Shown here piece after piece: positions 38,905 to 47,217 of a stretch of 64,000 bases of DNA; position 1 is the first letter of the stretch; each line of letters begins with the position of its first letter. The DNA comes from Clostridia bacterium. GTDB lineage: Bacteria > Bacillota > Clostridia > Oscillospirales > CAG-382. A model generated the notes under the pieces. That model was not told where the DNA came from and searched no databases. It worked only from the letters and a program-made list of their open reading frames with translations. Both the position numbers and the translations under genes were made by a program. The DNA lies in contig JAFQHW010000010.1 in assembly GCA_017397805.1 (NCBI GenBank), positions 2,069-66,068 on the forward strand, written 5' to 3'.

Positions 38905-39512
38905 AAAGGCGCGGTATCTCTTGGTTTGCCAAGGAAGGTCTTCTTGGCAATAACCCCGTTTTAGTACAGCTTTTGGGGCTCTGCTCCGTTTTGGCGGTAT
39001 CCACCTCCATGAGCAACGCCATAGGTATGGGTGTTGCGGCTACCGTGGTGCTTATTTGCTCCAATCTGCTTATATCCCTTTTAAGAAAATTCATCCCCGA
39101 ACAGGTGAGGATAGCCGCGTACATCGTGGTTATTTCAGGCTTCGTTACGGCGGTACAGCTTCTTATAAAAGCATACTTCCCCGCTATCGATAAATCTCTC
39201 GGCATATTTATTCCCCTTATAGTGGTTAACTGTATAGTGCTGGCAAGGGCAGAGGCGTTTGCCTCCAAAAACAAGCCTGCCGCGGCACTTTTGGACGGTT
39301 TGTTTATGGGTATAGGCTACACGGCGGCTTTGCTGGCGGTGTCCTTTATCCGTGAGCTTTTTGGTAACGGTACCGTATTCGGCATCTCCGTTTTCGGCGG
39401 CAGTTACCCCAAGGTACTGCTTCTTACCATGCCCGCAGGCGCGTTTATCTGCCTTGCTTGCGTGGTGGCGGCGGTAAGATATTTTACCATGAAAGGGAGG
39501 AGTAAAAAATGA
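38901..39512 (+). CDS. rnfE: Rnf complex subunit E
   Basis: 203 aa. NNPVLVQLLGLCSVLAV. Confidence 0.9.
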   Translation: MKRRGISWFAKEGLLGNNPVLVQLLGLCSVLAVSTSMSNAIGMGVAATVVLICSNLLISLLRKFIPEQVRIAAYIVVISGFVTAVQLLIKAYFPAIDKSLGIFIPLIVVNCIVLARAEAFASKNKPAAALLDGLFMGIGYTAALLAVSFIRELFGNGTVFGISVFGGSYPKVLLLTMPAGAFICLACVVAAVRYFTMKGRSKK

Positions 39513-40126
39513 CGATAACCGAGCTTTTGTTGCTTTGCTTCTCCGCTATTTTGGCAGAAAACTTTATCTTCGTTAAATTTATGGGCGTTTGCCCCTTCCT
39601 CGGTGTTTCGGGAAGAATAGATACTGCGCTTTCCATGGGCATGGCGGTTACCTTCGTTATGACGGTGGCTTCCGCCGCAACCTGTTCGGTTTATAACTTC
39701 GTCCTCGTGCCCTTCGAGCTGGAGTATTTGGAAACCATAGCCTTTATCATAATCATCGCTTCTCTTGTTCAGCTTATAGAGATGTTTATGAAGAAGGCGT
39801 TCCCTCCCCTTTATAAGGCGTTGGGCATCTATCTGCCCCTTATTACCACCAACTGCGCGGTTTTGGGCGTTGCTCTGCTTAACGTGCAAAACGAGTATAA
39901 TATGCTTCAAAGCGTTATGTACGGCTTCTTCGCCGCCTTGGGTTTTACCTTTGCTTTATTCGTGTTTGCGGGGGTAAGACAGCGCTTGGAGTTAGCTTCT
40001 CCCCCCAAATCCTTCGAGGGTGTTCCCCTTTCCCTTGTGGCGGCAGGACTTATCGCCATGGCATTTTCGGGTTTCCAGGGCATAAATTTGGGCGGTTCGG
40101 GTTTCTTCCCCTTCAGTCTGAGTTAA
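39509..40126 (+). CDS. rnfA: Rnf complex subunit A
   Basis: 205 aa. ENFIFVKFMGVCPFLGVS. Confidence 0.9.
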   Translation: MTITELLLLCFSAILAENFIFVKFMGVCPFLGVSGRIDTALSMGMAVTFVMTVASAATCSVYNFVLVPFELEYLETIAFIIIIASLVQLIEMFMKKAFPPLYKALGIYLPLITTNCAVLGVALLNVQNEYNMLQSVMYGFFAALGFTFALFVFAGVRQRLELASPPKSFEGVPLSLVAAGLIAMAFSGFQGINLGGSGFFPFSLS

Positions 40127-40226
40127 GTATTGCAAGGTCGAAAAATCAAAATTTGCCGAAAAGCATTGCGGTTCAGCCCTTTTGGGCCGGTTCGGATTGC
40201 AATGCTTTGGCTAAGGAGGCAGTGTT

Positions 40227-41072
40227 ATGAACCCTATCCTTCTTGCGTTAATATTCTTCGCCGTTTTAGGCGGTGTTTTAGGCTTTCTGCTGGCGCTTTT
40301 CGATAAAAAGATGAAGGTGCAGGAGGACCCCCGTATAAAAGAGGTGACCGAACTGCTTCCCGGCGCAAACTGCGGCGGTTGCGGTTATGCCGGCTGTGGC
40401 GGACTTGCCTGTGCTATCGTAGAGGGAAAGGCACCTATTACCAAGTGCGCCGCCGTCAGTGACGAGAACTGCAATAAAATTGCGGCTATAATGGGCATAG
40501 AGGCGGGTAATCGCCAAAAAATGCGTGCCCTCGTCCTTTGTTCGGGTGCAAAAAGCTGTTCCGTACAAAAATACGACTACATAGGTATAAACGACTGCGT
40601 TGCCGCCGCAAAGCTTCACGGCGGTTCCCGCTTGTGCCCCAACGGCTGTATCGGCTTGGGTACTTGCATACGCAGTTGTAAGTTCGACGCTATCTCCGTA
40701 AAAGACGGTGTGGCGGTGGTCAACCCCCGCAAATGCATCGGTTGCGGCGCTTGCGTTGTAAGCTGTCCCAAGCATTTGATAAAGCTTATACCGGCATCCG
40801 CCAAGTATTGGGTGGCTTGTAATTCCCCCGATAAGGGCGTGGTGGTCAGGGAATATTGCGACGCGGGTTGTATCGCTTGCGGTCTTTGCCGCCGTAATTG
40901 CCCCAACGATGCCATTATAAAGCAAGGCTTCTTGGAGGAGATAGACTACTCCAAGTGCGTAAACTGCGGCATCTGTGCGGAAAAATGCCCAAGAGGTGTC
41001 ATCCGTTCCAAAAACGGCAAGCCAAGGGTTAATCCAACTCTCAAAAAGGAAGAGAATAATGAAAAAATATAA
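40227..41072 (+). CDS. rnfB: Rnf complex subunit B (polyferredoxin)
   Basis: 281 aa. N-terminal TM helix, PGANCGGCGYAGC, then several CxxCxxCxxxCP motifs. Confidence 0.9.
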   Translation: MNPILLALIFFAVLGGVLGFLLALFDKKMKVQEDPRIKEVTELLPGANCGGCGYAGCGGLACAIVEGKAPITKCAAVSDENCNKIAAIMGIEAGNRQKMRALVLCSGAKSCSVQKYDYIGINDCVAAAKLHGGSRLCPNGCIGLGTCIRSCKFDAISVKDGVAVVNPRKCIGCGACVVSCPKHLIKLIPASAKYWVACNSPDKGVVVREYCDAGCIACGLCRRNCPNDAIIKQGFLEEIDYSKCVNCGICAEKCPRGVIRSKNGKPRVNPTLKKEENNEKI

Positions 41073-42210
41073 GGGCATCGCCCTTGACATAGGTACTACC
41101 AATATAGTCGCCGCCCTTATTTCGGGCGGCGATTCCATAGAAGGGGAAATAAGTCCCACTTATAGAGTAACTAATTGCCAAAATATTTACGCACCCGACC
41201 TTATCGGGCGCATCTCCGCGGCGGAGAAGGATTATAAGGCGCTTAGAGAAGCCCTTGTGTTTTCCGTAAACTGCGCCGTATCGGAGATATGCGCGGTGGC
41301 AGGTGTTTTTGCCGACGAGCTTTACACCGTGGCGGTGGGCAACAGCCTTATGTCCTGCTTTTTTGCGGGTCTGCCCGTGGACGGACTCGGCAAAAGTCCC
41401 TACACCGCCCCTTCACGCTTCGGTAAGGAGTACGAGATTGCAGGCTATATAGGCGGCAAAGCCTATATCGCACCCATAATCGGCAGCTTTGTCGGCGGTG
41501 ACGTTTCCGCAGGCATTTACCGTTTTGCCCGTGATCGGGACGGGGTTCTGTTTATAGATGCAGGCACCAACGGTGAGGTTTACGGTTGTTACGGCGGCAG
41601 GCGCTTGGCTTGTTCCGCGGCGGCGGGCCCCGCCCTTGAGGTGGGTGTGGGCGACGTGCCCTTCCATCAGCGTGGGATAGATGCCGTCCGTACGGAGGGT
41701 GCCATCGTGTCCCATACCGTAGGCGGTGAGCTGCCGCAAGGCTTGGCGGGAAGCGGTGTTATTGAGCTGATTTCCCTCCTTTTGGGCAAGGAATGCGACG
41801 AAAGAGGGAAAATTGAGGGAGGAAAAGTCACCCTTCAGGGCGGATTTGAATTTACGGAGGAGCACGTGTGCCGGTTCCAGCTGGCAAAGGCGGCGCTGGC
41901 GGCGGCTACGCTTTCCGTTATGAGAGGACTTAAAATGCCGCCCAATGCCCTTAAAAAGCTTTACGTGGCAGGGGCGATAGGCTCTGCCGTAAGCGAGGAT
42001 GCCCTTATAAGAACGGGCATAATCCCCGCGTTTGCCAAAGGGAAGACGGAGTTTGTAGGAAATTCCGCTTTGCAAGGCAGTGTTTTGTTGACGGAGGAAA
42101 AAGCAAGGCAGGAAATAATGGCGCTGGTTTCGGCCACTTCGGTGCTCCCCTTGGAAAAAAGCGAGTATTTTAAGGAGCGTTTCGCAGAGGAGTTGTTTTT
42201 CTATGAGTAA
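41059..42210 (+). CDS. ASKHA-fold ATPase-like protein (DUF4445 / RACo C-terminal-domain-like) lacking the usual ferredoxin domain
   Basis: The start MKKYKGIALDIGTTNIVAAL overlaps the rnfB end by 14 nt. Actin-like phosphate motifs DIGTTN and IDAGTNGE. Confidence 0.6.
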   Translation: MKKYKGIALDIGTTNIVAALISGGDSIEGEISPTYRVTNCQNIYAPDLIGRISAAEKDYKALREALVFSVNCAVSEICAVAGVFADELYTVAVGNSLMSCFFAGLPVDGLGKSPYTAPSRFGKEYEIAGYIGGKAYIAPIIGSFVGGDVSAGIYRFARDRDGVLFIDAGTNGEVYGCYGGRRLACSAAAGPALEVGVGDVPFHQRGIDAVRTEGAIVSHTVGGELPQGLAGSGVIELISLLLGKECDERGKIEGGKVTLQGGFEFTEEHVCRFQLAKAALAAATLSVMRGLKMPPNALKKLYVAGAIGSAVSEDALIRTGIIPAFAKGKTEFVGNSALQGSVLLTEEKARQEIMALVSATSVLPLEKSEYFKERFAEELFFYE

Positions 42211-43555
42211 AAAGGAATGGCGCTTTGAAGGCGCGTTTACTGATATAAGTGATAAAGGCTTCGGCGTGTGCCGCGCTCCCGACGGGCGCACTGCCTTCGT
42301 TGCCGATGCCTTGACGGGTGAGGAAGGTACCGTTAAGGTCATTAAGGAATATAAAAATTACGTTATAGGGAAAATGGAGGAGCTGAAGGTTGCTTCCCCC
42401 CATCGAATCCAACCGGACTGCACCGTCTTTCGCCGTTGCGGCGGTTGTATCTACCGCCATTTGGACTACCAAGCCGAGCTTGAGTACAAGCGCAAGGGCG
42501 TTGAGGAGGTTCTAAAGCGAGTGGGAGGTGTTTCCGTTTCCGTGCCCATGCCTTTAAGCGGAAAGGAAAAAGAGTACCGCAACAAGCTTCTTTTGCCCGT
42601 GGGCAAGCGTGACGGTGAGCTTGTCTGCGGTTTTTACGCTCCTCACAGCCACAGTATCATCCCTTGTGATAAGTGTCTTCTGCACACCGATGATTTTTCA
42701 CAGATAAGCGCGGGCCTTTTGCAATTGCTGAAGGGCAAAAACCCTTACGATGAGGCCACGGGCAAGGGACTGCTTCGCCATATATATCTGCGACGCAACG
42801 GCAAGGGCGAGTTTTGCGTTACCGTCATAGTTAACGGCAAGCGCCTACCCTCCGCAGAAGAAACGGCAGAGCTGTTGATGGCACGTTTTCCGCAGGTTAA
42901 AAGCTTCTACGTTAACCTCAACGTTTCCCGCACCAATAACGTAACGGGTCCCGATTGGGTACATATAAAGGGTGAAAAACTGCTTACCCAAGAGCTTTTG
43001 GGCAAGACCTTCAAGATGTCGCCCGCGGCTTTCTTCCAGGTCAATACGGAAATGACGGAAAAGCTTTACGCAACTGCCGCTGAAATGGCGGATATTCGGA
43101 AGGGAGAAACCGTTTTCGATATGTATTGCGGTATCGGCACCGTGGGACTTTGTCTGTGTCCCGACGGTGTGGAGCTCTGCGGCGTGGAGATAGTGCCCGC
43201 CGCCATAGAAAACGCAAGGCAAAACGCCATCCTTAACGGCAGGAGCGAAAAGGACACGAAGTTTTTCGCTTGCGATGCCGCCGAGGGGTTTGAACGGTGC
43301 TACAATGCCTTCGGTAAAAAACCCACCACGGTATTGCTTGACCCGCCCAGAGCGGGACTTGCCCCCTCACTTACGGAAACTTTGATAAAAGAGCGTCCCG
43401 AAAAGATCGTGTATATTTCCTGCAACCCCGCCACCTTGGCGCGTGACGTGGCACTGCTTAAAGACGGTGGATATAGCTTTGCGGATATTGCTACGGTGGA
43501 TATGTTCCCCCGTACCGGGCATGTTGAATCTATTGTCTGCTTGCGCAGACGATAG
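42203..43555 (+). CDS. rlmD: 23S rRNA (uracil-C5)-methyltransferase, RumA/RlmD family
   Basis: 450 aa. TRAM domain, Fe-S cysteines C..FRRCGGC, SAM motif DMYCGIGT, and catalytic ISCNP. Confidence 0.85.
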   Translation: MSKKEWRFEGAFTDISDKGFGVCRAPDGRTAFVADALTGEEGTVKVIKEYKNYVIGKMEELKVASPHRIQPDCTVFRRCGGCIYRHLDYQAELEYKRKGVEEVLKRVGGVSVSVPMPLSGKEKEYRNKLLLPVGKRDGELVCGFYAPHSHSIIPCDKCLLHTDDFSQISAGLLQLLKGKNPYDEATGKGLLRHIYLRRNGKGEFCVTVIVNGKRLPSAEETAELLMARFPQVKSFYVNLNVSRTNNVTGPDWVHIKGEKLLTQELLGKTFKMSPAAFFQVNTEMTEKLYATAAEMADIRKGETVFDMYCGIGTVGLCLCPDGVELCGVEIVPAAIENARQNAILNGRSEKDTKFFACDAAEGFERCYNAFGKKPTTVLLDPPRAGLAPSLTETLIKERPEKIVYISCNPATLARDVALLKDGGYSFADIATVDMFPRTGHVESIVCLRRR

Positions 43556-43727
43556 ATTCAACAATGAATTGCGCCGACGCATGAATTGGCTTTGCCATGA
43601 TTTGCCTGACGGCATGAATTGCGCCTATGGGCGCATAAAGGATAAGGCGCAATTCAATTCATGGAGCGAAGCGAGAAATCATGATGTATCGGCATCAATT
43701 CACGACACGTAGTGTCAATTCATAAAA
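43555..43727. repeat. ATGAATT/hairpin array (4 forward 7-mers, then 3 reverse-complement 7-mers); first 84 bp is direct-repeat copy A
   Basis: ATGAATT-gcgccgacgc-ATGAATT-ggctttgcc-ATGATTT-gcctgacggc-ATGAATT-gcgcctatgggcgc ... AATTCAATTCAT ... AATTCA ... AATTCAT. It ends right at the RBS of the four-helix-bundle gene. Confidence 0.8.
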
Positions 43728-43738
43728 CGGAGGTTTTT

Positions 43739-44110
43739 ATGAAACAAAATGTTTTAATTGATATATCTAAGCAATTTGCTGTTGAAATCGTAAATCTTTG
43801 TACGGAAATCAAAGATAACAGAAAAAGCAATGTACTGCTGAATCAGCTTTTGCGTAGCGGAACAAGTATTGGGGCAAATATACACGAAGCCAATTATGCA
43901 GCAAGCAAGGCTGATTTTATCAACAAATTTCAGATTGCTTTGAAAGAATGTTATGAAACCGACTATTGGTTGGAGCTCTTTAAGGACACTAACATGATCA
44001 CACAGAACGAATATGATGCGCTGTTTCCTCAATGCAGCAAAATACGAAAGCTTTTGATAGCTTCTATAACTACCGCAAAACAAAATACAGGGGAGAAAAA
44101 AGCTGAATGA
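43739..44110 (+). CDS. Four-helix-bundle protein (23S rRNA intervening-sequence protein family, PF05635-like)
   Basis: MKQNVLIDISKQFAVEIVNL...LLRSGTSIGANIHEANYAASKADFINKFQIALKECYETDYWLEL. GGAGG RBS. The track start 43712 lies within the repeat. Confidence 0.85.
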   Translation: MKQNVLIDISKQFAVEIVNLCTEIKDNRKSNVLLNQLLRSGTSIGANIHEANYAASKADFINKFQIALKECYETDYWLELFKDTNMITQNEYDALFPQCSKIRKLLIASITTAKQNTGEKKAE

Positions 44111-44183
44111 TGACATCGAAAAGCTATATACCCAGTTGTATGGCGAGTATCCCGTTGAATCCGTCGTTTTGTTAAAACGAACG

Positions 44184-44267
44184 GATTCAACAACAAATTG
44201 CGCCGACGCATGAATTGGCTTTGCCATGATTTGCCTGACGGCATGAATTGCGCCTATGGGCGCATAA
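44184..44267. repeat. ATGAATT/hairpin array, 84-bp direct-repeat copy B
   Basis: Nearly identical to 43555-43638, differing only in caatgaatt versus caacaaatt near the 5' end. Confidence 0.85.
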
Positions 44268-44373
44268 GCGGCGCAGTGGTGCAACGGTTCAACCTGCCCA
44301 TAGTTTTAAGGCTTATGAATAGGCTTGACGGCCGTCGATATGTCCCTTCGGGACGTGAAAAAGGAGTAGAAAA

Positions 44374-44856
44374 ATGGAAATAAGACAAGGAACCCTTGAT
44401 GATTTAAAGCTGATAGCGGCGGCAGAGGCGGTAAGCTTCCCCGCAGCGGAGGCAGCAAGCGAAAAAAGTTTTGAAAAGCGGCTTACCGTGTACCCCGAAG
44501 GCTTTTGGCTCGCTTTTGAACAGGATGAGTTCGTTGGCTTCGTTAACGGTATGGAAAGCGGGGAGCGGGATTTAAGCGACGAGATGTACGAGAGTCCTTC
44601 CCTCCACAAAAAAGACGGCGAATGGGAAGTAATACTGAGCGTTGTTACCCTGCCCCAATTCAGGGGTAAGGGCTACGGCACGCGGCTTTTGGAAAAGGTG
44701 ATTTCCGATACCAAAGCCCGTGGCAAAACGGGGCTTGTGCTTACCTGCAAGGAGCATCTTTTGGGCTTTTACGGCAACGTGGGGTTCGTTAGCGAGGGTG
44801 TTTCCTCCTCCACCCACGGCGGCGCACAGTGGTACCAGATGAGATTGACCTTTTAA
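44374..44856 (+). CDS. GNAT-family N-acetyltransferase
   Basis: 160 aa. Acetyl-CoA motif LPQFRGKGYGTRLLEKV. Confidence 0.8.
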   Translation: MEIRQGTLDDLKLIAAAEAVSFPAAEAASEKSFEKRLTVYPEGFWLAFEQDEFVGFVNGMESGERDLSDEMYESPSLHKKDGEWEVILSVVTLPQFRGKGYGTRLLEKVISDTKARGKTGLVLTCKEHLLGFYGNVGFVSEGVSSSTHGGAQWYQMRLTF

Positions 44857-44959
44857 AAGGGCGGCAATCAAAAGCGGCATTATATCCAACGGCGCAACAA
44901 TGGAAAACATGGGATAAATACAAAAACAAAGGACAGAGAATGTGGATTCTCCGTCCTTT

Positions 44960-45313
44960 TTATTTTGCATTTTCCTTTGCCGTGTTGATGGAGGAAATTA
45001 GCATGACCCGAATGCTGGTACAAGCGGAATTTAAAGCTTTATATTGCTCTTCGGCAATGTAGTTTGTTTTATAGAGCAGTTCTAACCAATACCCTGTTTC
45101 ATTGGCTTCTTTCAGCGCAATCTGTAATTTTACGATAAAATCCGCTTTGCCATGGGCATACTGTGCTTCTCGGATATTTGCGCCGATGGACGTACCGCTT
45201 CTGCCGATTTGATTGGAGATTATAGATTCTCGCTTTTCTTTAAGCTATTTTACGAGATTAATAATAGATACAGCAAAATCCATAGATTGTGTTCTTAGCT
45301 TGCTTTCGGACAT
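44960..45313 (-). pseudogene. Four-helix-bundle protein gene interrupted by an in-frame TAG at codon 23
   Basis: My translation is MSESKLRTQSMDFAVSIINLVK*LKEKRESIISNQIGRSGTSIGANIREAQYAHGKADFIVKLQIALKEANETGYWLELL...NTAKENAK. The stop is cta at 45245-45247. It is not in the ORF track because of the split. Confidence 0.75.
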
Positions 45314-45363
45314 AACAGCGCCCCCTATTCAAATCGCTTATATCATAAAAATGGATATTTTTA

Positions 45364-45545
45364 ATATTTAGTGAAGTTTGGATTGTGCCAAGTGAAGTAG
45401 CGGAGATGTCGCTGTGAAGTTTTGTGCTTCGCACAAAGTGAAGTTAAGTGTTCCGCTTATCGTGCCGAAGGCACACTTCACGCAGGTCGTGCGCTTCACA
45501 TCCGAAGGATACTTCACGTTCCGTGGAAACGGAACACTTAGTTCA
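45364..45545. repeat. GTGAAGT/hairpin array (4 forward 7-mers, then 3-4 reverse-complement copies)
   Basis: GTGAAGT-...-GTGAAGT-agcggagatgtcgct-GTGAAGT-tttgtgcttcgcacaaa-GTGAAGT-...gtgccgaaggcac-ACTTCAC-...-CTTCAC-atccgaaggat-ACTTCAC-gttccgtggaaacggaac-ACTTAG. Confidence 0.8.
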
Positions 45546-45584
45546 AAAAACGCACCTTTGTCTGTAGACAAAAGTGCGTTTTTT
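45545..45584 (-). terminator. Rho-independent terminator of the tRNA operon
   Basis: A6, stem CGCACCTTTGTCT/AGACAAAAGTGCG, then T6. Confidence 0.8.
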
Positions 45585-45586
45585 GG

Positions 45587-45661
45587 TGGTGACCCGTAGG
45601 AGAATCGAACTCCTGTTACCGCCGTGAAAGGGCGGTGTCTTAACCGCTTGACCAACGGGCC
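45587..45661 (-). tRNA. tRNA-Glu (anticodon UUC), CCA encoded
   Basis: The reverse complement GGCCCGTTGGTCAAGCGGTTAAGACACCGCCCTTTCACGGCGGTAACAGGAGTTCGATTCTCCTACGGGTCACCA folds as a cloverleaf and closely resembles Bacillus tRNA-Glu. Confidence 0.92.
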
Positions 45662-45679
45662 ATGAAGTCAGGGATTTTG

Positions 45680-45756
45680 TGGTAGCGGAAGTCGGATTTG
45701 AACCAACGACCTGCCGGGTATGAACCGGATGCTCTAGCCAACTGAGCTATTCCGCC
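45680..45756 (-). tRNA. tRNA-Met (anticodon CAU, elongator-like; tRNA-Ile2 not formally excluded), CCA encoded
   Basis: The reverse complement GGCGGAATAGCTCAGTTGGCTAGAGCATCCGGTTCATACCCGGCAGGTCGTTGGTTCAAATCCGACTTCCGCTACCA folds as a cloverleaf. It lacks the initiator hallmarks. Confidence 0.88.
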
Positions 45757-45782
45757 GTAAGCAAATCCCCGACCGCCCAAGT

Positions 45783-45811
45783 AGTATAACAGTTATTTTG
45801 CCGTTTGTCAA
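45783..45811 (-). promoter_or_regulatory. sigma-A type promoter of the tRNA-Met/tRNA-Glu operon
   Basis: On the minus strand: TTGACA, 17-nt spacer, TATACT, about 25 nt upstream of tRNA-Met. Confidence 0.7.
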
Positions 45812-45901
45812 TACCTATTTTTGCATTTTTTTATATTTTTATTCCCATACGGCTGTTTTTTTCACCAAACAGTTATAAATACATTTGATCCCTGATATTA
45901 T

Positions 45902-46996
45902 TTACACGTTAAATCTGAATAGAACCACGTCGCCGTCTTTCATCACGTATTCCTTGCCTTCACTGCGCACAAGCCCCGCTTCCTTTGCGGCGGTCATAGA
46001 GCCTTTTTCCATCAGGTCGTCGTATGCCACGACCTCTGCGCGGATAAAGCCGCGTTCAAAGTCGCTGTGTATCTTGCCTGCCGCGCCGGGCGCCTTGGTT
46101 CCGTTTACTATGGTCCACGCTCTGACTTCTTTGGGGCCCGCGGTGAGGAAGCTTATAAGCCCCAACAAACGGTAAGAAGCGCGTATAAGCTGGGAAAGAC
46201 CGGATTCACTAAGCCCCAAATCTTCAAGGAAGGGCGCTCTGTCCTCCTCGTCAAGCTCTGCAATATCCGCCTCTACGGATGCGCAAACCGCAAAAACTTC
46301 TGCCTTTTCGTTTGCCACCTTTTCACAAAGCGCTTTGTAGTAGGGGTTGTTCTCCGCACCCTCCATAAGGCTTGCCTCGTCCACGTTAGCCGCGTAGATA
46401 ACGGGCTTTGCGGAAAGCAAGGGGGTATCCTCCATAAGCTCCCATTCTTCGGGGCTTAAATCGGCACTGCGGGCAGAAACACCGTCACCCAAGGCATTAA
46501 GCAACTTTTCGCAAACCGCAAGGGATGCACCCAAGGAAGCATCGCCCTTCATGGCTTTTTTAATACGGTCTGCTCTGCGCTCAAGAACTTCTATATCCGA
46601 CAAAATAAGCTCTGTATCGATAATATCCACGTCACGGCAAGGGTCCGCCTCACTCTCCACGTGGATTATCTGACTGCCGCCGAAGCAACGTACCACGTGG
46701 ACGATAGCGTCCACTTCTCTTATATGGGAAAGGAACTTGTTGCCCAAGCCTTCACCCTGGGAAGCGCCCTTAACAAGACCCGCAATATCAACGAACTCGA
46801 TAACCGCAGGGGTATATTTTTCGGGATTATACATCTCAGCCAATCTGTCAAGACGGCTATCCGGCACGGGAACGATGCCCACGTTGGGATCTATGGTACA
46901 AAAGGGGTAGTTTGCGGATTCCGCACCGCCACCCGTAAGTGCGTTAAACAAAGTGCTTTTGCCTACGTTGGGCAAGCCGACGATACCTAATTTCAT
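45902..46996 (-). CDS. ychF: Redox-regulated ATPase YchF
   Basis: Start [24 protein letters not shown] domain at the C-terminus ([14 protein letters not shown]). Confidence 0.93.
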   Translation of the reverse strand: MKLGIVGLPNVGKSTLFNALTGGGAESANYPFCTIDPNVGIVPVPDSRLDRLAEMYNPEKYTPAVIEFVDIAGLVKGASQGEGLGNKFLSHIREVDAIVHVVRCFGGSQIIHVESEADPCRDVDIIDTELILSDIEVLERRADRIKKAMKGDASLGASLAVCEKLLNALGDGVSARSADLSPEEWELMEDTPLLSAKPVIYAANVDEASLMEGAENNPYYKALCEKVANEKAEVFAVCASVEADIAELDEEDRAPFLEDLGLSESGLSQLIRASYRLLGLISFLTAGPKEVRAWTIVNGTKAPGAAGKIHSDFERGFIRAEVVAYDDLMEKGSMTAAKEAGLVRSEGKEYVMKDGDVVLFRFNV

Positions 46997-47121
46997 AATA
47001 CAAATCTCCGTTTTTATAGGGTTTGGATTTATAATAGCAGAAACGGTTGATTTTTGCAATATTTTTTTAAAAACAGGTTAGGTTATCACTGATAACTTTA
47101 AACAAATTATAAATTTTGTTA

Positions 47122-47150
47122 TTGACATATTAACAAATTGGGTGTATAAT
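47122..47150 (+). promoter_or_regulatory. sigma-A type promoter of the response-regulator gene
   Basis: TTGACA, 17-nt spacer, TATAAT. Confidence 0.65.
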
Positions 47151-47217
47151 GTGTAGCGTGGGGATAAGGTCTACCCGTTTGGGTAGTTAAGCGCTCCCGC
47201 AAAGGATGGAAAAATTT

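Noticed and set aside
45245-45247. In-frame TAG in the second four-helix-bundle gene considered as pyrrolysine or programmed read-through.
   Set aside because: The window has no pyl genes or PYLIS-like context. All other genes here, including several ending in TAG, behave under the standard code. A simple nonsense mutation (or a sequencing error) is the parsimonious reading.
43739-45313. Four-helix-bundle proteins considered as Avd-like accessory proteins of a diversity-generating retroelement.
   Set aside because: The window contains no reverse transcriptase gene, no template/variable repeat pair and no adenine-mutagenesis pattern. The flanking repeats are heptamer/hairpin arrays.
45368-45655. 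95-aa minus-strand ORF, and the 61-aa plus-strand ORF at 45414-45599.
   Set aside because: They overlap tRNA-Glu, its terminator and the GTGAAGT/hairpin array. Their apparent length is a by-product of the repeats.
47151-47217. Leader of the orphan response regulator with a small hairpin (ctacccgtttgggtag).
   Set aside because: It is a single short stem with no conserved motif or terminator/antiterminator alternative, which is insufficient to call a regulatory RNA.
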